A stretch of 64,000 bases of DNA from Octopus sinensis (taxonomy: Eukaryota): NCBI RefSeq assembly GCF_006345805.1, contig NC_043007.1, forward strand, positions 5,518,001-5,582,000. Direction: 5' to 3'. The translations under genes were made by a program, and so were the position numbers. Numbering within the stretch: position 1 is the stretch's first letter; every line of letters begins with the position of its first letter. Shown here in pieces: positions 49,804 through 64,000 of the stretch. Under the pieces are notes generated by a model. The model ran no database searches and had not been told where the DNA came from. It worked only from the letters and a program-made list of their open reading frames with translations.

Positions 49804-51229
49804 AATTTCTCAGGAGTGCTTTCCTGTCGTTGCGGATATTACTTTAAAGTATATGCTTTTAGTGAAAGTTGTTTTTATTTTGCAGGGTTTCATAGTCATT
49901 GAAAAGTTTAGGTCAATCGTCAGAAAAATTCATATTATTTGTTACTTCATCGCCTAATTTTTATCTATATCGTCGTAATAACATTGGAAAGTAGAGGATT
50001 GCCCCTCGTCTCCTGGCAATTCGAATAATATAATCTAGTTTAAATACGCGAGAAAGACAATGACGTATCCATTGTTAATATCTTTTGGCAGATTCTATGT
50101 GAATATCTGATCCTTGTTGTTTTTGGTCCGTCGAGAAAACATCGCCCTTTAGACGATAGATGTTCTTAACATACGCGATTCACTGATGTTGTAAACGAGT
50201 TCGAAACAGTCCTCATAAGTCGGGGAACAATGATACGCGTGTGTTATGAACATATATCGTGTAAAGTGAGGAGATATTCTACAATGACCAAAACATAACA
50301 GCGATCAGAGAATCACGTTCAAATCTGTCAGGAAGGTATTAATAATTATAGAAATATATGTTATTGTTTCGATTCTTGCTCTTCGGCGTGTGCGCCCATG
50401 AATTAAACGTTCAGGAGTTGCACAACATTTTTGCAGTATTAATTTATGGCACTTTGTATTCCAGGTTCAAATCCCTCTAAGGTCAACTTTATATCATTGA
50501 CCTCAGCTGAGGTCTACAGTATGTTAGTGACCTTGACTGATGTCAGTCATGTAAAAAACCAAATAAATAACAATGGACTAAATTTAAAACAGAAATTCAA
50601 GACTTACAAAAAAACGATATAGATTAAGCTTAGTTTTAGTAATTTCCAGCCTTGAAATCTTTCTTCATAATATCGAAACCCTTCTGTATTCCAGAACACT
50701 AAATAAAGAATTTCACGATCAGTGCTGCCTTCATTTTGCTGTTGAGTACCAAGAGCAAGTTAACCTCAAGAGAGACCATTTCTCTTCTATGGCCAGGAAT
50801 CAAAGGTGTCAAAGGGAAGTAAAATGGCGACAATAAGAATGATAATAAAACTAATCTCAAGCCTCAGAATAAAAAGACATTATGATCGATTACATGAACT
50901 ATTGAGAATTATCAAAACAGTTACAGATCGATGCACAAACTTTCAAAATGCTGGAGTTCTTTGTTCGAAAGTAAATGTAATATTTTTGGACAAAAATTGA
51001 TTAAATAAACCGAACCAACAATTGATTCTTTTTCCTTTATGTCATAATAAAGAAAACGAACTGGATTTCTTATTTGTTATACTTTGTGACTATCCTCTCC
51101 TCTTTCTTCCTCTCCCTCCTCTTCTTTCGACCTTTATCCTGTTCCTTTCTTATTCGTCCTGCTCTTCTTACTTTTCCCCACTTTTCTCCACATTCTTTCC
51201 CACTACTTGGGGGACAGTGATCTTGACAA

Positions 51230-51666
51230 CTATGATGAAGGGGATGATGATGATGATGATGATGATTATGACGACGACGATGATGATGGTGATGGTGACG
51301 ATGATGATGATGATGATAATGATGATGATGATGATAATGATAATGATGATGATGATGAGGAGGAGGAGGATGGTTATGATGATGGTGATTATGATGATGA
51401 TGATGAGGATGGTGATGATGATGATGATGATGAGGATGGTGATGATGGTGATGATGATGATGATAATGATGATGATGAGGATGGTGATGATGGTGATGAT
51501 GATGATGATAATGATGATGATGAGGATGGTGATGAGGATTGTGACGATGATAAGGATGGCGATGATAATGATGATGATGAGGAGGAGGGGAGGATGGTGA
51601 CGATGATGATGATGATGGTGATGATGATGGTGATGATGATGATGATGATGGTGGTGATGAGGAAGG

Positions 51667-51712
<46 letters not shown>

Positions 51713-51715
51713 AAT
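51230..51715. repeat. (GAT)-rich compound trinucleotide repeat
   Basis: Visible; source of the poly-M/D/H/I ORFs. Confidence 0.96.
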
Positions 51716-53049
51716 TCATTTTTCGTTTTTAGATTTCTTCACGTAATTGCACTGCTTTTACTACACATGGATATAAATAAAGGAATTTTGTTTGTTACAA
51801 CAATTTTGTTTGTTACTTTTTATTTATTTACACCCTTATTTTGTTTTTAAAGGAAACATATAAAATAACAGTGAGGGAAAGGTGGGAAAGAGTAGGGAGA
51901 GAGAGAGAGAGAGAGGGGAGAGGGGAGAGAGAGAAAGAGAGAGGAGACATCTTGAATATTTTCCTTTCACAAAAGGAACATTGACAAATCTTTCTACAAT
52001 ATCTTTTTGTGCATTTCAATCATAAACGAAGAAATGAGGACCGGATAGGGACCAAGGCTAAAATGTACTCCAGTCTGTAGAAGAAGACTTTTACCCCAAA
52101 TGCCACTCATTGGGACTGAACGCAGATACCATTTGCTCGATATGCAAATTTCTTAATCAAACAACTTCTGTATCTTTGACAATTTAATAAAGTGAAATAT
52201 GCACCACCCACTTCACATCGCTAACCCCTCACCTTTATCTGGGACCCGAACATAAGAGGCCGCATTCGACTCCCCTCATTCTTTACTTAGTACACTAAAG
52301 CTATGTTCTGCTCTACAATCATCCAGCACTCTCCATCCTTTGGACCACCAAGCATCAACGCTCTAATACGATTCTCCACCCTTACATTTGTTCACCTCTG
52401 TTATTGCCTATCACTCCCCTTCTAACCCCGCCCCAGATATGCCTCTTCTCATCTAATCTTCTCATCATACTCTTAACTATTTCAGCATCTCCCCTCTGGT
52501 CCTTTTGATCTCTTGCTATCTCTTACTTACCCATGGGTCACTTGAACCTTAGGTGCATACCCTAGGTTAGTGTATATTATCTACAGTTACACTTCTATTT
52601 CCCTATGTCGGGCCTTTGTGCTACCATTCACTCCTCTCCTACGCCTCTCCAACATCTACATGCTTTTGGTTACCGAATAACGCTCTCCGATCGGTGTCAT
52701 AATAAAATGCGTATCCCGTACAATCTGTAAATAAAAAAGAGGTACGTATATATTTAATTGTCTGAAAGGTAACATTATTTCATTTTGCAACCGTAATCTA
52801 CAAACCAAGTGTATTACAGGTTTACAAGTCAATAACGTGTCTCATCGTTTGAACGAAATGTGATATTTTCATCTCGTCTCCATATTTTCTCGATAAAATT
52901 TGTTAAGTGGTTGGTGTTAAGAAGGGCATCTATCCCGGTGATAAGTTCGAACACCAAACATTAGGGACAGCAGCTCCCAACAAGAATTCCCTTAGTGCGG
53001 ATGATGATGACGGTGACGACGATGATGATAATGTTGTTGCTGTTGTTGT

Positions 53050-53335
53050 TTGTTGAGCGAAGCGGTCTTCGTCCTAGAAGTCCGAATCGTGGTCCTTTGC
53101 TATTCGTAAGACCCGCAGAAGAGAAAGCAGGTCAACCCCCGACACCGAGAGCATCGACGGATGGATGAATGCGCATCCAGTTGCGTAGGAAGTCGGGGAC
53201 AAGAAACAGGAAGAAAGAGTGAGAGAAAGTTGGAGCGAAAGAGTACAACAGGGGTCCCCACCGCCCACTGCTGGAGCCTCGTGGAGCCTTAGGTGTTTTC
53301 GCTCAATAAACACACACAACGCCCGGTCTGGGAAT
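53050..53335 (-). mobile_element. SINE family 3 copy lacking most of the tRNA head
   Basis: The reverse complement aligns closely with 35425-35737. Confidence 0.85.
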
Positions 53336-53408
53336 GTTGTTGCTGTTGTTGATGTTGTTGTTGTTGTTGATGATGATGATGATGATGATGATACTAATGA
53401 TGATGATG

Positions 53409-53440
<32 letters not shown>

Positions 53441-54065
53441 GATGGTGACGATGACGATGATGAAATAAAGTAAGTAAAACAGAAAAAATTGACTTTTAAA
53501 CTTGAATAAAAATTCAAGAAAACCATTGAAAATATATTTTTTCAAATCAAACGTTTATTACAAATTATGGTGTTAATTATGGTGTTAATTAATTACTATT
53601 TAGTTTTAATCCGAGTCCATATTCATAAATCAATTTTTAAAATTATTTTTCAATCCACTTTTTTCTTATTTGATTCTAAATTCTTTATGCAAATTTGTTT
53701 TCATTGCTTTTAATAAACACCACACACACGCACACACACACACACACCACACACACACACACGCACACACACACACACACACACATTTACACACACATTT
53801 ACCCCTATATTCTCACACAAGCAAATACACTAAGACGGGAAGAAATAAATATATTCTTAAAAACATCAACAAATTTGCGAATGTACGCGTTTACGGGTGG
53901 TGGGTTTGCAAATGCGTCTGTTTGGATGTTTGTGCTTGTTTGTTTGTCTAGGTGTGTATCTGAGTGTATACCTGAATTAATGTGTGTGCTTCTGTGTTCA
54001 CAGATTGGTGTATGTATCTGTTTGTGTGTGAGAGTGTGAAAATGATTGTATGTGGGTGCGCAGTT

Positions 54066-54208
54066 GTGCGTGTGTGTGTGTGAATGTGTGTCTCCTGTTG
54101 TGTATGTGTGAGTTTGTTACTGTGAGGATATGTTTCTCTTTGTGAGTATATGAGTGAGTGTGAGCCAGTATGGATGTTAATGTGTGTGTGTGTTTGTGTG
54201 CCTGTGTG

Positions 54209-54254
<46 letters not shown>

Positions 54255-54430
54255 AGTGAGGGAGAGAGAAAGAGAGAGAGAAAGAGTGTGCGTGTGTGTG
54301 TGTGAATGTGTGTCTCCTGTTGTGTATGTGTGAGTTTGTTACTGTGAGGATATGTTTCTCTTTGTGAGTATATGAGTGAGTGTGAGCCAGTATGGATGTT
54401 AATGTGTGTGTGTGTTTGTGTGCCTGTGTG

Positions 54431-54476
<46 letters not shown>

Positions 54477-54520
54477 AGTGAGGGAGAGAGAAAGAGAGAG
54501 AGAAAGAGTGTGCGTGTGTG
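54066..54520. repeat. Tandem duplication of a 222-bp GT/GA-rich unit
   Basis: gaatgtgtgtctcctgttg occurs at 54082 and 54304; the units are essentially identical. Confidence 0.92.
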
Positions 54521-54961
54521 CGTATGTATTAAAGTTTTTGTATATTCACTAAAACAAGGAAACAAAGTAAAAACAGTTTCTGAAATATTTCAAAGTCGAC
54601 AGAATTCATAAGATTCGGGCGGCAAACACTTGCTATGTCATCAGTCCAGTAGCACGAAGACAAGGATATGTGTAAGTGCATGCATGTGAGTGCGTGTGTG
54701 TCTGGGTGTGTGTGCGCGTGTGTGTCTGCGTGTAATTACTGTAATCTCCGGTTATAATGAAAGACAACAACATTACATTATATCTTCTTATGGCATGACC
54801 GCAGCTTTAAAGCTGAAACAATTGAAAGAATTAGAAAATGAAGATATAATATATATATATATATAATATATATGCATGTATAGATAATATATAATATATA
54901 ATATAATATATATATATATAGTATATAAAACATATAATATATATATATATATTATATATAT

Positions 54962-54993
<32 letters not shown>

Positions 54994-55164
54994 CATACAT
55001 ATATATTATATATGCATACACACACAGACACACACACATATAAAGAAAGAAAGAGTTGCAAGCGACTGTTAGTCTGACGAAGACGATCAAGCCAACATCT
55101 TTGAAGTCATTATAAAAATTCAATAAATATGTATTATTAGATAATATATATATTCTCTTATATT

Positions 55165-56119
55165 TTTATCGGTTTCAGCTCAAAGTTGCGGCAACGCTGG
55201 GGTACCGCAGTTCTACTACACTGTTATTGTTGATAGCCTCATCTGATATGTGGTAACTGGGGAATAAAGGAGTTTGATGTCGCTGCTCTCATTTGTACCC
55301 CCTGCCTCGAGGTAGGTTCATCTGGGACTCTCGACAAGAAGAGATCCAGTTTCGTGCTGAAAACACCTACATCCACTTTGTGTAGGTACCTCAGGCTCTT
55401 TTGAAGAATATTGAAAAGCTGTGGGCCCTCGAAACCCAGGCTGTTGCAGTAACTGGTCCTGGAACGTGATGACAGTGTTGGGGTCTTTGGCACTGTGCAG
55501 TGGCGACCAGTTCAAACATCTGTGTAGCTTTCAATACCAAAACTAGGCACAATCCTTTCCAGGATCATCCAGATGTATATTGCTGCATATCTCTCCCTCC
55601 TTCACTCCAGGAGTAGAGTCTTAGCTGCTTCAACCTTTCCCAGTAGCTGGGGTGTTGCAATGAGACAATCTTTTTTTCTGTAGCTTCGCTGGATTGCTTC
55701 AAGGTTCGCTGTTTATTTTACCCTGTGGGGTGTCCATAGCTGGGAACAGTAGTCCAGGCGGCTGAAGACAAATGTCCTCCAGAGGACCGTCATGGTTTAC
55801 TTCTCCTTGGTTCGGAAGGTTCTCAGTATCCAGCGAGGCAGCCATCTGCACTCTGTCGCCATCTTGGTAATCTGCACTTAGAAAGAGTTATCGTTACTCA
55901 TGTCGATACCCAGGTCCCTCACTGATTTAGGTTCTGGGATTGTAACCCCCCCCCGAGCCAGTGTAACCTGTATGGTTTTCGTTCAGTTTTGTGTGCTGGT
56001 AGCGCAGGGCTTGGAATTTTCCAGCATTAAACTGCATATTATTATCCTCAGCCCGTCTGTAAATTGAGTCCAACTCCTGCTGCAGGTGTACAACATCTCT
56101 GGAGCTCAGTATTTTCTGC

Positions 56120-56125
<6 letters not shown>
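55165..56125 (-). mobile_element. CR1/L2-like LINE 3' fragment (second subfamily)
   Basis: [97 protein letters not shown]; truncated against (TA)n at 56126. Confidence 0.88.
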
Positions 56126-56162
<37 letters not shown>

Positions 56163-56248
56163 TATCTATCCATCTATCTATCAATTTATGTATGTATGTA
56201 TGTATGTATGTATGTATGTATGCATGTATGTATGTATGTATCTATCTA

Positions 56249-56285
<37 letters not shown>

Positions 56286-56343
56286 GCATACATATATATA
56301 TATATACATATATACATACATATATGTATATATGTTTGTATAC

Positions 56344-56396
<53 letters not shown>

Positions 56397-56486
56397 ATAC
56401 ATACATATACATATGCATATATATATGCGTGTATATATATATGTATATCGGTCTTTTAGAAAAACATGACTCCAGAGAAGAACCAC

Positions 56487-56530
<44 letters not shown>

Positions 56531-58499
56531 GTATGTATATATAATTTTGCTATCATCTATTTAAATAACGACAGTAAATATTAAATAAACAACGTAAACG
56601 AAAGAAAGTCATTTTCTTTATTGAAAGATAAGAGTGACTAATTAGAACGAGACAACGAAATTGGATAATGACTGGGTTATAAGTAAGGCAACTCAAACAA
56701 CAACACAACCAGAATTTCCAACTCTGAAGAACTCTTTTCCTAGTTTAAGAATCCTTTGATCTTATTTTCTAGAAAATATTGTGTTTTTTCTTCAGAAATA
56801 TTAAATTTTGTGGTATATATTTTTTTTTTTGTGATTGAATTCAATTTCTTTTCTGCAAATACTCTCATAGTATAAGTGTGCGTTACTAAAATCTTAGATT
56901 GTATTTTTGTTGTTTTGTTTAATTTAGTTCTTCTGTATTTTCTATTTCGACATTTTACTCATGTTAGCAACGAACAAAATAAATAAAATATAAGAGACTT
57001 CTGTAAAAATATATTATTTCATTTTCTTTATTGTTTCGGTTCCAGTCGTTCTTTCAGGTCCTTGGTTTGGACTCGGTTTCCACTGAATTTTATCGAAACC
57101 ACGAAAGGACGAAAGGCAAAGTTAATCGCGAAAGGATTTTGAACAAAGAATCTAAATCGCCAGAATGACTGTCACAATGCATTCTTTCGGATGCTCTAAC
57201 GTTTCTGCCAATATAGTGCCTACACTTTCTAATTTAAGCAGAACACTACAAACTTTGAAGAGTATGTGTGTGTGTGTGTGTGTTGTGTGTGTGTGTGTGT
57301 GTGTGCGTGTGCGTGTGTAAATGTGAGTATGTGTGTGTGGCAGGGCTCAGTCTAAACCATCGACCCCAGCACTTGATAGTATATTTTATGGACTTTGAAA
57401 GGATGAACCGCAAAGTTAACCTTGACGGGATTTGAACAAACAGCATAAAGATTTGGAACGAGACATTTTCCCAATGTTCTAAATAGTTTGAAATTCTGCT
57501 GCCCTTACAGTTTCCAAATAAGAAAGAGGTCGCAAGTTTAGTGTTGATGGTAAAAGCTGATCGCAACAACTCTAATACTTAATTCGTACTTTAATATATT
57601 GATTCTGGAAGGGTTAGAAGCAAGAAAACTTCGAAATGAAATAAACCCCGCCCCCAGCAGGTTGATAAACTGTGAATTAAGATGTGTTGCCGAATAATTA
57701 CTAAACAGAAAATGGGAATCAATACATGGAGAGTAGGTTTATGTGTGGCGGCACAGGCCAAACATTTGCTGGGAAGGGATGTGATCGTAATTTTCTAGAC
57801 TTTCTCTCAGAAGGTTACACTAAACGGCCTCAAAGGCTGGATGTGACCTAAAGACAGCAACTTCCCTACACAAGGTCCGCAAGGGGAAGTGATGAAAAAG
57901 GCCCTAAAGAGACTGAGAAGTTGTATATGAACTGAAGGCAGCAGGTTTCCAAACTCCATTAAAGCTGATTGAATCAATATCATGTCATGGCCACAACTTA
58001 TTTTAATGATCCTAGATGAATTAAAGGCCAAGTTAATTGCAGTGAATTTTGAACTATTAATGTAGAGGGAGAAAAGATATTTAAACTGTACTTAGGTTTG
58101 TATGTTATCATCTCTATATGCAAACCATCGACTACTGAATTAGTTTCATAATTTACAAGTCTGTCTCTTAAGTGATTATTCTTCTTAATCCTTTGTTTCA
58201 GAATTTCTGAAAATAATCAAACCATTATACTGTTTGTATACAATTACCAACAATCTATTTATTGGAATACAATAACAAAATGTATTTAATTGGAGGTTTT
58301 TATATTTCATCATTTTACTTTATATATCTTCAACTGTCAAGTGAAATTTCCTCATTACTCTAATTAAGCTAAAACATATATGGCCAATATTATCCGCAGA
58401 GCTTCTTATTTTTATAATTGCTAATTAGTCATATTTTCCATCTCATAAGATACATTTTTCCAGAAAAGTTTCTCCCAAATAATCTAGGGTTTTATTCGT

Positions 58500-59072
58500 T
58501 TCTACTCTAGGCACAAGGTCCGAAATTTTGGGGGAGGGTGGGCAGTGGACTAGTTCGACCCCGGTACGTAACCGGTACTTAAAATTTTTAACCTAGAAAG
58601 GATGAAAAGCAAAAACGACCTTGGCGGAATTTGAATACAGAACGTAACGACAGACGAAATACCTATTTCTTTACTACCCACAAGGGGCTAAACACAGAGG
58701 GGACAAACAAGGACAGACAAACGGATTAAATCAAGGATATCGACTCCAATGCGTAACTGGTACTTAATTTATCGACCCAGAAAGGAGGAAAAGCAAAAAT
58801 GACCTCGGCGGAATTTGAACACAGAACGTAACGACAGACGAAATACCTATTTCTTTACTACCCACAAGGGGCTAAACACAGAGAGGAAAAACAAGGACAG
58901 ACAAACGGATTAAGTCGATTATATCGACCCCAGTGTGTAACTGGTACTTATTTAATCGACCCCGAAAGGATGAAAGGCAAAGTCGACCTCGGCGGAATTT
59001 GAACACAGAACGTAACGGCAGACGAAATACGGCTAAGCATTTCGCCCGGCGTGCTAACGTTTCTGCCAGCTC
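58500..59072 (-). mobile_element. SINE family 2 with its body repeated three times head-to-tail (184-bp period)
   Basis: cagacgaaatac recurs with aaatac at 58657, 58841 and 59025; only the last copy continues into the tRNA head. Confidence 0.88.
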
Positions 59073-60303
59073 ACCACCAATCCAGCGTTATATTATTAAA
59101 TGGTCTGCTTTTTGTGTGTCTTTACCTGCTTCTCTCTCTCCGATACAAGTTAATATAAGTCTACAATTGTAATAAATATATTCGAGTTCTATGAGCAGCA
59201 AAAGTTGTTTTTTCCAATTTTGCAATTATTTCATTGTAACTGTTAAGAAGCATTCGCTAACTGAACATTGTTTCTTTTCTTCTGTTTATCGTGAGTCAAC
59301 AATAACGATATCTCACTCACATTTGTAAGTTGGTTGAAATACAAACAAAGTCTACGCCCTCTGTTAGCTATTAATTTAGTTACTCAGCTTATGGTACCTT
59401 TCCACTATACAACATAATGAGTACAGAATATATGGTAATGTAAGCTAAGAAGATATAAGTTGTTTAATATGACTGACAATACTGAACATTAGAGCAACAG
59501 TACCAACCAAAAGTAATTTGTGAGCTTGGAAAAGAAAGCGTCACAAAAGCAGGATAAAAACGACGAAGAAAAAAAAAACGAATTTCGTTATTAAAAGCAA
59601 AATTCTCACAACTGGAAGAAGTCATAATGTCATGCCCACAAAAATGACAAAATGTAGATTATATAGTTTCAAATAAATAATGTGCAAAGTGAAGGATTGG
59701 AAGAAAAGAAAAATAGAACTGCAAACACATTGGTTAGATATTCATTCTACTGCTACCATTTCACGAAGAGGCTAGAACTAAACGTAAGAGTAAAGATCGG
59801 GATTGCGCCGAGAATGATTAAGGTGTATGAAGAAAGAAAGCTTAAGTTTCATCAAAATGTAATTCATGTCGAGGAGAACACAAATCATGAACTTTGACAA
59901 ATGGCCGATCTAGATGAAGAGCCGTTAACATTCGATGTGGCATCGGACAAAAACTGTCGTAGATAAAATCCCCAAGAGGGTACAACACAAAGCTTCCGCT
60001 TCTACTAATCGTTAAACAGAAAACATTGTCTAAGGAAATAATCGCAACCGGTGTTCTTTTTCCTGTAGATGACAAAAGGTAGATAAATGAAGAGTGTGAA
60101 AATGGCGGAGAAAGTTTGATTATAGCATACTAGTGGCTTGTTAGTTAAGGGAGATCAATTCTAAGGGCACAAAGCAGCCGAGAAGAAGAAAAAAATAGTT
60201 AAAAAGTAAACAAGCAGTTATCCCTAAAGTTTTAACTTTGTAGTTAAACTTACAGGACATTTCACGGAGCAAAGCATTCAAATGTTTTATGCGAGAAGAG
60301 TGG

Positions 60304-60744
60304 AACAAATATTCAACACCTCCGTGACTTAAAAAAAGCAAACTAATGAATGAATCCCAAATAAAATATTTGAAACCAAGGAAAAAGAAGAATAAATTGT
60401 AAAAACGAAACAAAAATAAAACAATGTATTCAACGAGAAAATACAAATTTATATGGATTCAAGAAAATAGTACAACGCAATTAAAGTGAAAATAAACTAA
60501 TTATGACGATAAACGCACAAGTTGAAGCCTCTTATTTTCTCTGCATTGGAAGAGAGTTTAGTCCATCGCTTATCTGTCGAACAATAAAAATGCCTAAACA
60601 AAACAACCCCTTTTTACCTTTAATATCTCAAATAAATACACGAAATTAATACTAAAGTCGCTAAACAATTAGATAACATCGAACAATAAAGCTAAGCAGT
60701 ATAGAGGAATCCTAAATATTCTTGCAAATCTTGAAACCAAGCAG
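60304..60744 (+). repeat. ~440-bp local duplication, copy 1
   Basis: Near-identical to 63504-63948 (offset 3200 at the start). Confidence 0.93.
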
Positions 60745-61132
<388 letters not shown>

Positions 61133-63044
61133 GTAGAAATAATAGGCAAGGAATGGAAAGATGTTGAAAGAGCAACGTAATAGGCGGCTCCGAAGATGGA
61201 ATTTTCAATGAAGATAGCAACGACCTACAAACAGTGACAAGGATGTTAGATGTGAGCAGTGATTGATGTGCTGAGAGATAATTTATTTAAGAGACGGAAT
61301 CTTCAGCTGTCTGTAACGAATGCAACAAAACATATTTCACATGAAGAATCGGGCTTAAACTAAACGATGTGATTCTTCTCCTAATGAATCTTTCTTTCTT
61401 TCTTTCTCTTCTCTCTTTCTATCTGATTATTCTGTATCCGTGGGTGTCTCACTGATCTCTACAATAAACAGTGGAGATCAATGAGATGTGTAGCTAATGA
61501 GAACTTGACAATAACTCTATGGTGACGCCTGTCTGGTAGTTGGAAAGTAAACATACCCCATGGGCCGTTCCTACTGGACATGCGTAGTAATGTATTAAGG
61601 TTCGTTAATGCAAAACTGTTTCATTCTAAATGAAATATTTTTACAAAACAAATCTTTGATACCGGATCTATAAATAGCCAAATACTTGCTTTTTCAAAAA
61701 TATATTTTCATAATTATAAGACGCGTCTTATGAACCAGAAAAACAGTGATATGCGTCACAGTTGTTGTCGATGCTTCTTAGCTTCAGACAAATCTTCGTG
61801 ACGTAAACTTTTGTTTCAATGGCTAAATCCAGTGTTTCTCAATATGATCAGTGTAAACTTTCAAACGACTACTGCAAAGAAGCAGGAAGCGGGGGTTCAA
61901 ATATATTTTCTTATTTTAATTGTGTGAATCAGGAGATTCTATGTAGTTTTTATTGGTGACCAACATGTTGGTGGTCATTTTTTATGGGTCAAATAATTAT
62001 TTGGAACAATTGCAAGTGGTAGGACGAAACAGTGTGAATAAAAGAGAGGGGGTACAAGTAACGCCTGGTTTAATCAAATATGGGAATGTAGAGTCCAAGA
62101 ACGGGTTCCAGAACTTCTAAGAATCGTAGGATATTTGGCTGTTATTTCTAGCAGATTTTGCAACTACTTCCCGTTTGGAACCTTGGAGCCGTGTTGACGC
62201 TGTTAGTAGAATTGCTTTTGTTGATTTTGTTGTTTAACCTCAAGTAAGGCTTGACTGCGCAGGCTTATGATCTAAAGTATTTCAACATTGACTCTCCTAT
62301 TGTTTTCAGTCGCACGAAATCTATGAGTATGTAATTTGTGACCTGTTGTGGTTCTATTTGTTGTTTCATCCCAGAGCAATCCTGATCATACTGTGCTTGA
62401 GAACAGATGAGATGATCATCGTTGGGGCGTTTATGATCACAGAGATGACTCAGAGCTGTACAACAGTAACCATGCTGAGTTAACGAAAAGCTGTTCTCTT
62501 TAAATATAAAACTAGATAATAAAATAGTAAAATATGAACAGTGTACAAGAGGATTTCGAAAGCAATTGATAGAAAGAAAAATATACACAGCATACAATGT
62601 ATTGGGATGTAGAGTGCGTGCAAGCGGAAATTGTGCAGTCAAAGAAAGATATCAATAAATCAGTGAATAAGAAACATTTATTAAACTTAAAGCAAACGCA
62701 AACACACACGTCTAATATATATCCAGGGTTTAATAATATCGAAACATCTCTTTTACGGTGAATTAGACAGAGCAATATAAATAAACTAAGCAAACTCTGT
62801 AAAGAAAAAATATAACTCTTTCTTGATAGGAAACTAAACTTCTTAACATTTGCTCAGCCCATACGAATTGCAACCCTCAGCAATTTCCATCCATAATAGA
62901 AATGGCCCCTAAATTACAAAAAGCCTCAAGCATTCTAAAATTAAAGACCTTGTCAAACTTAAGAAAATCTCAGAGGTTAGAAATAAAACACAACTTAAAG
63001 CCAATGCCAGGTATAGCTGTGTACTTAAGAAGAACGCTTCGCAA

Positions 63045-63193
63045 TTACGTAGTTGTGGGGTTCAATCCCACTGCATGGCATCTCGGAAAAGTGTCTTTAA
63101 TTAGCGCCGAGCCGACCCATGCCTTGTCAGTGGACTTGACAGACAGAAATTGTGTGGGAGCCCTAGGTATATATAAGATACATATTATACACA

Positions 63194-63261
<68 letters not shown>

Positions 63262-63440
63262 TCTGTATGTGCGTTTGTGTCTTTGTCTCCACGCTTTACG
63301 AGAGGTGTTGGTTTATTTACTTCTCCGTGACTTAACTTGTTAATAAATGAGCCCAAAAGAATAAATACCGGACTTCAGTAACGTATTGGAGGGACAACTC
63401 TACAAGGCTGCACTCCAGCATGACCGTAACCAAAACCGGA
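63045..63440 (+). mobile_element. Old SINE (family 1-related) with an expanded internal (TA)n
   Basis: ggggttcaatcccactgcatggcatctcggaaaagtgtc...gccttgtcagtggacttgacagacagaaattgtgtgggagccc...ctccagcatgacc. Confidence 0.65.
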
Positions 63441-63503
63441 AACAAGAATAAGCTCCATCACTTACTCCGAAAAGGCGAATCTAATAGAGTCGATACAACA
63501 ATA

Positions 63504-63948
63504 AACAAATATTCAACATCTCCGTGACTTAAAAAAAGCAAACTAATGACTGAATCCCAAACAAAATATTTGAAACCAAGGAAAAAGAAGAATAAATTGT
63601 AAAAACGAAACAAAAATAAAACAATGTATTCAACGAGAAAATACAAATTTATATGGATTCAAGAAAATAGTACAACGCAATTAAAGTGAAAATAAACTAA
63701 TTATGACGATAAACGCACAAGTTGAAGCCTCTTATTTTCTCTGCATTGGAAGAGAGTTTAGTCCATCGCTTATCTGTCGAACAATAAAAATGCATAAACA
63801 AAACAACCCCTTTTTACCTTTAATATCTCAAATAAATACACGAAATTAATTCTAGAGTCGCTAAACAATTAGATAACATTATCGAACACTAAAGCTAAGC
63901 GGTATAGAGGAATCCTAAATATTCCTGCAAAATCTTGAAACTAAGCAG
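63504..63948 (+). repeat. ~440-bp local duplication, copy 2
   Basis: Near-identical to 60304-60744. Confidence 0.93.
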
Positions 63949-64000
63949 CATCTCCAGCATGGGCGTAAGATTCTTATTTAACAATATCACATTAACAATT

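Noticed and set aside
50180-50215. CTGATG...GAAAC hammerhead-like string
   Set aside because: The core lacks A9 and no stem II can form.

Overview
AT-rich, microsatellite-dense eukaryotic DNA. The SINE types and repeat landscape suggest an octopus/cephalopod genome (inference from remembered repeat families, not a search). The only host gene I can support is a copine (CPNE) on the minus strand. Six short GT-AG exons (40045-39958, 23449-23346, 22194-22155, 13078-13005, 3433-3402, 504-476; 367 nt over ~39.6 kb) splice in phase to [123 protein letters not shown], the C2A domain and linker. The gene continues past base 1, and its first coding exon was not securely found. The introns and upstream region hold CR1-like, RTE and R4/Dong-like LINE fragments, mariner/Tc1 relics, a non-autonomous Helitron, tRNA-derived SINEs and Penelope-like remnants. 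The most notable non-coding signals are several hammerhead-ribozyme motifs, Dong-like insertions in trinucleotide microsatellites, a 51-bp repeat array with (TA)n spacers, a 783-bp tandem element and several long hairpins. Almost all ORFs in the supplied track are translated microsatellites. Homopolymer indels and one AT-eroded block suggest an imperfectly polished long-read assembly.
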